Positions 1-8,002 of a stretch of 28,401 bases of DNA are shown here, piece by piece. Positions within the stretch are counted from its first letter, which is position 1, and each line of letters begins with the position of its first letter. The stretch spans positions 1 to 28,401 of the forward strand of contig JBGVFL010000063.1 in assembly GCA_045120995.1 (NCBI GenBank), given 5' to 3'. Under the pieces are notes generated by a model. That model was not told the origin of the DNA. It saw only the letters and a list, made by a program, of their open reading frames with translations, and did not search any database. This stretch comes from Candidatus Onthoplasma sp. GTDB lineage: Bacteria > Bacillota > Clostridia > Christensenellales > UBA1242. A program made the position numbers and the translations under genes.

Positions 1-291
1 TGGTAATAATGCGATGTTTCTTGCACGTTTAATTGCAACTGTTAATTCTCTTTGGTGACGAGCACAAGTTCCAGTTTGACGAGAAGAAATGATTTTACCT
101 TTTTCTGTAACATATTTCTTAAGTCTGTTTGCATCTTTATAATCAATAACTTTTAAGTTTTTATCTTCACAGAAAGCACAAACTTTTCTTCTATTTTTGT
201 TGTGTTTGAAGAATTTCTTTCTTTCTGTAACAACTTTAGTTTCAGCTTTAACTTCAGTTGGTTGAACAACTTCTTCTTTAACTTCTGACAT
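1..291 (-). CDS. rpsR: 30S ribosomal protein S18 (3' end runs off the window)
   Basis: Not in the ORF track; translated by hand from ATG at 291 (SD AAGGAG at 300-305): [97 protein letters not shown]. It has the S18 signature (IDYKD, TEKGKI, AIKRAR), the zinc-binding CxxC/CxxH form, and follows rpsF-ssb. Confidence 0.97.
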   Translation of the reverse strand, partial: MSEVKEEVVQPTEVKAETKVVTERKKFFKHNKNRRKVCAFCEDKNLKVIDYKDANRLKKYVTEKGKIISSRQTGTCARHQRELTVAIKRARNIALLP

Positions 292-377
292 ATTTTTTTC
301 TCCTTATTTTTTTCTTCGAAATTCGACTTCGTTATAATTTAAAATTTTATATTAAAAAGGCACGTTTATTCATTTGC

Positions 378-785
378 CTAGAATGGTAAATTGTCATCAT
401 CAATAGGTTGAAGATCACTAACAGGAACGCTTCCTCCCATTGCCATTCCGCCTTCAGCTGTTCCGTCATTTTTAGAAGACAAGAATTCAACTTCATCAGC
501 AACGATATCAACTGAGAAACCTTTTGTTCCGTCAGCCTTTTCATAATTTCTTGTTTGAATTGAACCAGAAACAGCAATTTTGTTTCCTTTCTTTAAAAAT
601 TTTGCACAGTTGTCTGCTGTTCCTCTCCAAGCTGTAACGTTGAAGAAATCTGTATCTCTTCCACCTTCAGCGTTAGAAAATCTTCTGCTAACAGCAATTG
701 ACATTCTGCAAACTGAAATTCCACTTGTTGTTGTTGAAATTTCAGGATCTCTTGTTAAATTACCAATTAAATAAACTTTATTCAT
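378..785 (-). CDS. ssb: single-stranded DNA-binding protein
   Basis: MNKVYLIGNLTRDPE OB-fold start, acidic C-terminal tail DDDNLPF, located between rpsF and rpsR. Confidence 0.97.
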   Translation of the reverse strand: MNKVYLIGNLTRDPEISTTTSGISVCRMSIAVSRRFSNAEGGRDTDFFNVTAWRGTADNCAKFLKKGNKIAVSGSIQTRNYEKADGTKGFSVDIVADEVEFLSSKNDGTAEGGMAMGGSVPVSDLQPIDDDNLPF

Positions 786-856
786 AACAACTCCGTTTAT
801 ATCTTGCCACGCAAGATAATTTTTCTTTAAACCATTAGTTTTCTAACAGTTTTAAA

Positions 857-1138
857 TTACTTAGCAACAATGATATATCTCATAATGTTGTTTGTAATTG
901 ATAATAATGAACCCAATCTGTTTGGAACATTTGATTCAGCTGTGAAATTAACTAAAACATAAAAACCATCACGTTTTTTATTGATTTCGTAAGCTAATTT
1001 TTTGTTTCCAAGTCTTTCAACTGATTCAATTTTGCCATTTTCCTTTTCAATCATACCATTAACTTGAGCGATAAGAGCTTCTTTTTCTTCATCACTTGAT
1101 TGAGTTGGGATAATGTAAACCAATTCGTAACTATTCAT
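857..1138 (-). CDS. rpsF: 30S ribosomal protein S6
   Basis: YELVYII..., LGNKKLAYEINKKRDGFYVLVNF, IMRYIIV motifs; SD GGAGG; first gene of rpsF-ssb-rpsR. Confidence 0.97.
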   Translation of the reverse strand: MNSYELVYIIPTQSSDEEKEALIAQVNGMIEKENGKIESVERLGNKKLAYEINKKRDGFYVLVNFTAESNVPNRLGSLLSITNNIMRYIIVAK

Positions 1139-1182
1139 TTTTAACCTCCTTGTGGACTTATGACCTAAAATTAGGTAAGGAA
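1139..1182 (-). ncRNA. S6:S18-binding rpsF leader (cis-regulatory RNA)
   Basis: The minus strand reads TTCCTT-ACCTAA-tt-TTAGGT-cataagt-CCA-c-AAGGAGG. The anti-SD UCCUU pairs with the SD, and there is an inner hairpin and an unpaired CCR just before the SD, matching the known S6:S18 leader architecture. Confidence 0.75.
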
Positions 1183-1242
1183 CATAGCGAATTATCTCGA
1201 CTTTTTACGCTATGTTTAGTTAAAAAACTTTTAACTGTGCGC

Positions 1243-1271
1243 ATTATATCACAAATAGAAAAAAAAATCAA
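1243..1271 (-). promoter_or_regulatory. sigma-A promoter of rpsF-ssb-rpsR
   Basis: Minus strand TTGATT (1271-1266), 17 bp, TG-a-TATAAT (1248-1243). Confidence 0.75.
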
Positions 1272-1317
1272 GTGTTAATTTAAAATATTATATGTAATTT
1301 ATATTTAATGGTTATAA

Positions 1318-1343
1318 AGAAAAAAGAGCAGACTTGCTCTTTT
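1318..1343 (-). terminator. intrinsic terminator of the 131-aa orphan
   Basis: AAAAGAGCA-4-TGCTCTTTT stem with T tract, overlapping the stop codon. Confidence 0.75.
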
Positions 1344-1737
1344 ATAGATTTGTTATCACTTCTGCTTCTTTGATTCCGTGAACATATTTATTATTCAACT
1401 CTTTGAATGTTTTCCTGTTTTGTTCACTTTTTAATTTCTTACCTATTGACTTAAGTTCTTTAACCTTTTTTATAAAATGGCTTTCTTCTAAATCGCAGAA
1501 TTCAGCTAAGTTAATAAGTTCGCTATATATTAAGACTATTTTTTGCATTTCATCAATAAAGAATTCATAATATTTTTCCAAACCCTTAAGTTCCCATTGA
1601 TTTCCATCTTCCATATTTTGAATTTTTTTTAAAATTCTTTTTGCCACTCTAATCCAGGTTTGCCAGCCTTCTTTTGCGCTCTTCATATCATCAATATTCA
1701 TTTCAACATAATCCATTTCGCAATCAAAGTTTTTCAT
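1342..1737 (-). CDS. hypothetical protein, 131 aa, predicted helical
   Basis: ORF with SD GAGGTG, its own consensus promoter and a terminator; no family recognised. Confidence 0.75.
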   Translation of the reverse strand: MKNFDCEMDYVEMNIDDMKSAKEGWQTWIRVAKRILKKIQNMEDGNQWELKGLEKYYEFFIDEMQKIVLIYSELINLAEFCDLEESHFIKKVKELKSIGKKLKSEQNRKTFKELNNKYVHGIKEAEVITNL

Positions 1738-1754
1738 AAATTCACCTCATTGTT

Positions 1755-1783
1755 ATTATATATACCAATTAGAATTTTGTCAA
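1755..1783 (-). promoter_or_regulatory. consensus sigma-A promoter of the 131-aa orphan
   Basis: TTGACA (1783-1778), 17 bp, TATAAT (1760-1755). Confidence 0.8.
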
Positions 1784-1791
1784 TATTGATG

Positions 1792-3618
1792 TTATTCAAT
1801 GTTCTCCGCCAAGAAAATAGTTTTAAACTTTTTATTTTTCTTATAAAGTTCTTCAAATGTTCCAGAGTCTACAATCTCTCCTTTTTCTAAAAAGAAAATT
1901 TTGTCAACATTTTTAATTGTAGACAGCCTGTGAGCAACAATAACAACAGTGCTTTTCCCTTTAATATTATCAATGCTCTTCTTGATTTGATTTTGAGAAA
2001 TGTTATCCAAACTACTCGTGCTTTCATCAAAAATAATAATAGGCGATTTTCTAAGCATTGCTCTTGCAATAGCAAGACGTTGTTTTTGTCCACCGCTTAG
2101 TTTTATTCCACTTTCTCCAACCCGAGTGTTAATTCCTTCTGGCAATTCAGCAATAAAATCTTCCAAAGCGCTTTCTTTTATTGCTTTATTAATATCTTCA
2201 TCTGTTGCATCTGGTTTCGCTAAAATCAAATTCTCTTTAATAGTCATATCAAATATATAAGGGAACTGATTCACTAATGATATCGTGCTTCTAAGGGTTT
2301 CCTTACTTAATGTGTTGATGTTTACTCCGTCAATTAAAACTCCACCTTTGTCTGTTTCATTAATTTTTGAAATAAGATTTAAAATTGTTGATTTACCACT
2401 TCCCGAAACCCCCACAAATGAAACTGTTGTATTAGGTTCAATTGTGAAATTAATTTTGTTTAAAACTTTCTTTTTGCCAACTTCAATTCTTTTAGGAATG
2501 TAAATTTTTAACTTATGCTTTTTAACGTATTTCTTTTCTTTTTCAATAAGTTTTTTGTCTCTTTCAGCAAATTCAGGATAAGAAAATTCAACATTCTTAA
2601 ATTCAATTTTGCCTTTCTCTTCTTTTAAAACACGATTACCAAACTTTTCTGTTTTATACTCTATGTCTGTATATAATTCATTAATTCTTTCTATTGCTAA
2701 ACTAATGTCTGTGAAACAATTTGAAACATTTCCAAAAACTCTTGTTAAATAAAAGAATGAATGTCTATTCGAATAGATAATCATAAATGAAGCTAGGGTC
2801 ATTAATCCTTTATTCATAAAAACGATTGAAATAATAAGAACAATTGATTGAAGAATTGTAATGAGCGAATTTGTACCCGTCCAAAGCGACCAATCCCATC
2901 TTTCAAAAGTTAAATATTTCTTTTTATAATCATTATAACCCTCTTCGGTTTTGTTCTTTAATGTTTGTTCTAGATTTAAAGACTTAACATCTCGCTCACT
3001 TCTAATGATTTCGTTTAATAAACTATCAACTTTTTCACTAGAAACTTTCATTTCTTTTCTGTTTTTCTTTCTTTTTCCTCTTCTGAATTTTTCAATAAGT
3101 GAAGAGATAACAATTCCAACAACGGCAACCAAACCAACCCAAATGTTTATTGTGCAAATATAAACAAACATAACTAGATTTGACAAAACATCTGTTGCTT
3201 GACCGATTATTGTTCCAATATTTTCAAAAATTGCTCTTGGGTCAGATGAAATTCTTTGCATAAAGCTAGCAGTGTTATGCTGAGAATATGATTGTGATGA
3301 AATTTTAAATGCTTGTTCAGCAACATCAACACTCATTTTATTAGTAATTGCAACATAAAGTTTACAATAATTTAATCCGTTTACTAAATATAGAACTCTT
3401 TGAAAAATCAAACAAACAGATATGGTTAAAATTAGTTTTATTGCCGGTATGTAAGAAGCTTGAGTTAACATTTCAATTAATTTCGCAAAACTAATCGTTG
3501 TTAAAATATCTATTCCGCCGGTAATTAAATAAATAAACACATAAAAAAATAGTCCAGCTTTATGTGCAGCAAAATATTTCCCAAATTTAAAACATTTCGT
3601 ATCTTTTGTTTCTGTCAT
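1792..3618 (-). CDS. ABC transporter, fused permease/ATPase (MdlB/type IV exporter family)
   Basis: N-terminal transmembrane helices; Walker A GVSGSGKST, signature LSGGQKQR, Walker B IIIFDE, H-loop IVAHRLSTI. Confidence 0.93.
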   Translation of the reverse strand: MTETKDTKCFKFGKYFAAHKAGLFFYVFIYLITGGIDILTTISFAKLIEMLTQASYIPAIKLILTISVCLIFQRVLYLVNGLNYCKLYVAITNKMSVDVAEQAFKISSQSYSQHNTASFMQRISSDPRAIFENIGTIIGQATDVLSNLVMFVYICTINIWVGLVAVVGIVISSLIEKFRRGKRKKNRKEMKVSSEKVDSLLNEIIRSERDVKSLNLEQTLKNKTEEGYNDYKKKYLTFERWDWSLWTGTNSLITILQSIVLIISIVFMNKGLMTLASFMIIYSNRHSFFYLTRVFGNVSNCFTDISLAIERINELYTDIEYKTEKFGNRVLKEEKGKIEFKNVEFSYPEFAERDKKLIEKEKKYVKKHKLKIYIPKRIEVGKKKVLNKINFTIEPNTTVSFVGVSGSGKSTILNLISKINETDKGGVLIDGVNINTLSKETLRSTISLVNQFPYIFDMTIKENLILAKPDATDEDINKAIKESALEDFIAELPEGINTRVGESGIKLSGGQKQRLAIARAMLRKSPIIIFDESTSSLDNISQNQIKKSIDNIKGKSTVVIVAHRLSTIKNVDKIFFLEKGEIVDSGTFEELYKKNKKFKTIFLAENIE

Positions 3619-3643
3619 AATACCCCCTACTTTCCTATTTAAA

Positions 3644-3673
3644 ATTATAATTTATTACAAATAACTGTGTCAA
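3644..3673 (-). promoter_or_regulatory. sigma-A promoter of the ABC transporter
   Basis: TTGACA (3673-3668), 18 bp, TATAAT (3649-3644); SD GGGGG before the ATG. Confidence 0.7.
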
Positions 3674-3716
3674 TAGTTATTTAAAAATAAAGTTAACTTT
3701 ATTTTGCAATTTTGTC

Positions 3717-3817
3717 TTTACTTTCGCATATATTTATGCTATAATGAAATTGAAAATAATCAACAGAGAGAAAAACTCTCTTTTTTTATTTACTTTTGTT
3801 TAATTTTGTGCTATAAA
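3717..3817 (+). promoter_or_regulatory. two tandem promoter-like elements upstream of metG, separated by a terminator-like hairpin
   Basis: TTTACT(3717)-17-TGcTATAAT(3740-3745) and TTTACT(3789)-17-TGcTATAAA(3812-3817); AGAGAG-aaaaa-CTCTCT-T6 at 3765-3787. Confidence 0.55.
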
Positions 3818-3842
3818 TAATAACAAATTAAGGAGTTTTATT

Positions 3843-5843
3843 ATGAGTGAGTTTATTCGTCCAAGACCCAATTTCCCTAAAAAAGCAGTTATAACTTCTG
3901 GAATGCCATATGGAAATAAGTTACTTCACTATGGTCACGTTGGAATGACACTTAGAGCAGATGTTTTTGCTCGTTTTATGCGTGATAGAATTGGAAGTGA
4001 TAACGTTATTTTCGTTTCCGGAACAGACTGCTATGGTTCTCCAGCTTTGGAGAGCTTTAGAAAACTCCAAGAATCAACTGGATATAGCGGAACATTAAGT
4101 GATTATGTTGAAAGCAACCACGTGAAGCAAGCAGAAATATTTAAAAAATATGAAATCGGTTTTAATGGATACTATGCTTCAGCTTTAGGAAGAGCAAAAG
4201 AAATTCATGAAGAGGTTTGTGCTGATTTTTTAAACAAATTAGTTAAAAATAATATGGTAACAAAACATTCTTCTTTACAATTCTTTGATAGAAAATTCAA
4301 CACTCTATTAAATGGTCGTCAGGTTGTTGGAAAATGCCCTATAGATGGTTGTTTGAGTGAGCATGGTTATGCTGATGAATGCAGTTTAGGGCATCAATAT
4401 CTTCCTCAAGATTTGATTGATCCTGTTAGTGCATTAAGTGGAGAAACCCCAGAACTTGTTAAGATTGAAAATTTATATTTTGACTTAGATAAATGTATAC
4501 CTGTTTTAACTGATTGGATTGCTTCAATTGAAAGAGAAAAAGACACGCCATCTTTTATGGTTAAAGAAATTAAAGAATTCTTCAAATTACCAGAAATCTA
4601 TATTAAACGTTCATACGCTGAAGAGTTAAATGCTTTAAGCAGTGTTCTTCCTCCGTATAAAGATATAAGTGTTAGTGAAAAAGCGCCAAGCATAACAATT
4701 CAATTTGAAACATTACCTCTTCGTGAAAAAGCTTGCGAAATATTATCTCAAAATGGAATTAGATATAGAACAGGAAAAACCCTAACTCCATTTAGATTGT
4801 CTGGCGACATATCTTGGGGAGTTCCTTGTCCTGAAGTTGACGGACTTAAAAATCAAACTTTCTATGTTTGGCCAGAAAGCTTATTTGCTCCGATTTCATT
4901 TAGTAAAACATACCTTGAAAGCATAGGCAAAGATGAAAATGAATGGAAAAAATACTGGTGTTCTAAAGATGGTAAAGTTTACCAATTCCTAGGCGAAGAC
5001 AACCTATATTTCTATGGTCCAGCTCAACAAGCAATGTTTATTCATTATAATGGTGAAAAATCAAACATAAATGCAGACAATGGCGAATTACAAATTACAA
5101 AAATTAATCCAATTAAATCAATTTTATATTTAAATCAAAAAGCAAGTTCATCTGGAAGTTTAAAACCACCAATGGCTGAAGAATTTTTGAATTACTACAC
5201 TCCTGAACAATTTAGAATGCACTTCTTAGCTATGAACTTAACAAATAACAATGTTAGTTTAATGCCAAAGGCATTTAATCCTGATGCTAAAGACGAATTA
5301 GACCCAATGGTTAGAGAAGGAAACTTATTGACTAATGTTTACAATAGAATTTTAAGAACCATTTTCTATTCAACGCAGAACCACTTTAACGGTGTTATTC
5401 CTAAAGCTGAAATTAGTGATGATGTTATGAAGATGTGTGAAAAAGCAATTCTTGATGTTGAAATGTTTATGCACGATAAAAAATTCCATCAAGTTTATAA
5501 TACTTTAGATGTATTCATTAGAAACATTAACAAGTTCTGGGTTAAAGATGTAAACGGAGCAGATGAAGAAAAACTCAAATCATTAACTGTAAACACTCTT
5601 CAAATGTTATTCGTAGCAAACACCTTGCTTCACCCAATTGCTCCTAGTGGAACTGAAAATGTGGCTGATTATATTGGTCTTGATAAATGTAAATGTTTTA
5701 ACTGGGAAAATATTTTTGGTTCATTCTATAACGTTTTATTAAAAGATAGAGGTTTAACGTTAACAACTCTTAAAGAAAAAGAAGATTTCTTTGCTCGCCA
5801 CCCTTGGCAATTAGAAGAAATGCTTAAACAAGAAAATAACTAA
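3843..5843 (+). CDS. metG: methionine--tRNA ligase (no C-terminal Trbp111-like domain)
   Basis: ITSGMPYGNKLLHYGH (HIGH motif), FVSGTDCYG, Zn knuckle CPIDGC...ADECSLGH, RLSGDISWGVP, YVWPES, KMSKS-equivalent KASSS; SD AAGGAG. Confidence 0.93.
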   Translation: MSEFIRPRPNFPKKAVITSGMPYGNKLLHYGHVGMTLRADVFARFMRDRIGSDNVIFVSGTDCYGSPALESFRKLQESTGYSGTLSDYVESNHVKQAEIFKKYEIGFNGYYASALGRAKEIHEEVCADFLNKLVKNNMVTKHSSLQFFDRKFNTLLNGRQVVGKCPIDGCLSEHGYADECSLGHQYLPQDLIDPVSALSGETPELVKIENLYFDLDKCIPVLTDWIASIEREKDTPSFMVKEIKEFFKLPEIYIKRSYAEELNALSSVLPPYKDISVSEKAPSITIQFETLPLREKACEILSQNGIRYRTGKTLTPFRLSGDISWGVPCPEVDGLKNQTFYVWPESLFAPISFSKTYLESIGKDENEWKKYWCSKDGKVYQFLGEDNLYFYGPAQQAMFIHYNGEKSNINADNGELQITKINPIKSILYLNQKASSSGSLKPPMAEEFLNYYTPEQFRMHFLAMNLTNNNVSLMPKAFNPDAKDELDPMVREGNLLTNVYNRILRTIFYSTQNHFNGVIPKAEISDDVMKMCEKAILDVEMFMHDKKFHQVYNTLDVFIRNINKFWVKDVNGADEEKLKSLTVNTLQMLFVANTLLHPIAPSGTENVADYIGLDKCKCFNWENIFGSFYNVLLKDRGLTLTTLKEKEDFFARHPWQLEEMLKQENN

Positions 5844-5845
5844 CT

Positions 5846-5876
5846 AAAAAATGAGTGTTCGTAACACTCATTTTTA
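5846..5876 (+). terminator. intrinsic terminator of metG
   Basis: AAAAATGAGTGTT-cgt-AACACTCATTTTT, 13-bp stem. Confidence 0.85.
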
Positions 5877-5943
5877 TTTTATGTCAAAATATCTCAACCA
5901 AATTATTTTTATTTTAAATGTTTTTGTGATATAATATCTCCAT

Positions 5944-6630
5944 ATGAACAAATCAGCCACAAGAATAATTAAAAACATATTGAGTTCAATTTTAGTTGTT
6001 CTAATTTTTTTGTTCGCTTTCATAACTTTAATAAATGTTTCATATACTGCAATTTATTCAAAAACTCAAGTAAGAGGATTTTCAATGCAACCAACTTTAA
6101 ATATAAATATGAAAGACTCTAACGCCAAAGGTGACACAATTTATATTAATATTTATAGTTCATTCACAAATGATGATATTGTTGTTGCAAAAGTAAATTG
6201 GTATGAACACTATATTATTAAACGCATTGTTGGAACTCCAAATGATAAGGTTCAAATAAAAGATGAGGGAACCCATTTCGGCGTATACGTAAACGATAAT
6301 CTTTTATATACAAAAGTAAAAACTGGTTCAGCCTTAACATATCCAAGAACTGGAAGTGTTGGCTACTATGCAGACTATCTTGATTTTTTAGAAAATGATG
6401 AATTTAAATCTTGGGTCAAAGAAGAAAATGGAAAAAAATATATCCAGCTTGGAGAAAATGATTATTTCCTTATGGGTGACAATTGGGGGCAAACTACAGA
6501 CAGCATAAGTCACGGACCTGTAAAAACCACAGAAATAATTGGTAAAGTTGATTTAATTCTAGATGTTAAAGAAGATAAACCATATATGGCAACTTGGTTT
6601 TTTATTAAAAAATTATTTTCAATAAATTAA
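5944..6630 (+). CDS. lepB: signal peptidase I
   Basis: N-terminal TM helix, catalytic Ser in GFSMQPTL, Lys in IIKRIVG, box E YFLMGDN...DS. Confidence 0.92.
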   Translation: MNKSATRIIKNILSSILVVLIFLFAFITLINVSYTAIYSKTQVRGFSMQPTLNINMKDSNAKGDTIYINIYSSFTNDDIVVAKVNWYEHYIIKRIVGTPNDKVQIKDEGTHFGVYVNDNLLYTKVKTGSALTYPRTGSVGYYADYLDFLENDEFKSWVKEENGKKYIQLGENDYFLMGDNWGQTTDSISHGPVKTTEIIGKVDLILDVKEDKPYMATWFFIKKLFSIN

Positions 6631-6639
6631 AAAATAATT

Positions 6640-6669
6640 AAAATTAAGCATTTTTTGCTTAATTTTTTT
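6640..6669 (+). terminator. intrinsic terminator of lepB
   Basis: AAAATTAAGCA-5-TGCTTAATTTT followed by Ts. Confidence 0.65.
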
Positions 6670-6743
6670 AATTTTTAATGAATATTTTATATTTTTTGAA
6701 TATTTTTTTATTGTTAATAAAAAATAAAATAAAAGGAGAACAT

Positions 6744-7907
6744 ATGAAATTAAAAAACTTTTCTAAAATTTTAATTTTTCAATTAATTTTATTTTTATTA
6801 ATAAGTTTAGTGTTATCAACAAAAGGAAATATTATTTTAAAGGCAAGTTTTAATTCGGATATAAATCATAAATCAAGTGTTTTAATTGAATATAATAGTG
6901 GTAAAATTTTAGTTGATAACAATTCTAATTTAAAACTACCAATTGCAAGCGTTACAAAATTAATGACCATATTGTTAACTTTGGAAGAAATCGATTCAGG
7001 TAAATTAAATTTAACCGATAAAATTTTAGTGAGCGATAACGCAAGTGGAATGGGCGGAAGTCAAATTTTCTTAGATGCAAATAGCGAATACGATGTGGAA
7101 CAACTCTTAAAATCAGTGATTATTTCAAGTGCCAACGATAGTTCAGTAGCCCTTGCAGAACACCTAGCTGGCAGTGAACAAAATTTTGTTAAACTTATGA
7201 ATGAAAAAGCTTATGATTTAGGTTTAATCAACACCCATTATTCAAACTGCACAGGACTACCAACAAATGATGGCTATTCTTCAGCCTATGATCAAGCGAT
7301 CATCTTAAAACAAGTGCTTTCTCACGATTTGTATCACAACTATTCTTCTATTTGGCTTGAAGATTTCGTTCACCCTAGTGGTAGAATTACACAAATGACA
7401 AACACAAATAAATTATCAAGATATTATGATGGTTGTATTGGTGGAAAAACAGGTTCAACAAACCAAGCAAAATATTGTTTAGCTGTTGGAGCAGAAAAAA
7501 ACAATGCAAAATATATTGCTGTGGTTTTGGGTTCTGAAAATAGCAAAGAAAGATTTAAACTAGCAAGCGATTTATTGAATTATGGATTTGCAAATTTCGA
7601 AAGCAAAACACTATTGTCAAATCAAGATTTGGTTGATAAAACAATTAAGGTTCGAGGCAATGAAACAAATATTAATTTAAAATGCGAAAAAGAATATTCT
7701 ATCATCACAGAAAAAAATAAAACAATAAATTACTCTTTAAACTTTAACCTTCCAACACAACTAAAAAGCATTAAAGAAAATCAGGTTGTTGGAACAGTAG
7801 ACATTGTTATTGATGGCGTTATTGTTGAAACAATAAATATTTTATCTTGCAACACTTTTTCTGAAACATCAATTTGGGAAAATTTTAAAGAAATAATAAA
7901 TTCTTAA
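6744..7907 (+). CDS. dacF: D-alanyl-D-alanine carboxypeptidase (peptidase S11, DacF-like)
   Basis: SxxK (SVTK), SxN (SAN) and KTG motifs; MGGSQIFL typical of DacF; signal peptide. Start moved to ATG 6744 after SD AAGGAG. Confidence 0.85.
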   Translation: MKLKNFSKILIFQLILFLLISLVLSTKGNIILKASFNSDINHKSSVLIEYNSGKILVDNNSNLKLPIASVTKLMTILLTLEEIDSGKLNLTDKILVSDNASGMGGSQIFLDANSEYDVEQLLKSVIISSANDSSVALAEHLAGSEQNFVKLMNEKAYDLGLINTHYSNCTGLPTNDGYSSAYDQAIILKQVLSHDLYHNYSSIWLEDFVHPSGRITQMTNTNKLSRYYDGCIGGKTGSTNQAKYCLAVGAEKNNAKYIAVVLGSENSKERFKLASDLLNYGFANFESKTLLSNQDLVDKTIKVRGNETNINLKCEKEYSIITEKNKTINYSLNFNLPTQLKSIKENQVVGTVDIVIDGVIVETINILSCNTFSETSIWENFKEIINS

Positions 7908-7914
7908 AATAATA

Positions 7915-7942
7915 AAAAATACGGATTTTTATCCGTATTTTT
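7915..7942. terminator. bidirectional terminator between dacF and alaS
   Basis: AAAAATACGGAT-tttt-ATCCGTATTTTT between convergent genes. Confidence 0.85.
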
Positions 7943-8002
7943 GCTATTTTATAGTATTTTTAATGAATTTTTTAATATTTTTTAATAAAATTCATTATTT
8001 AA

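Noticed and set aside
6660-6743. Sporulation sigma-factor promoters for dacF (and for cwlD near 12870-12940)
   Set aside because: Expected from B. subtilis regulation, but the sequence is so AT-rich that I could not pick a convincing sigma-F or sigma-E match.
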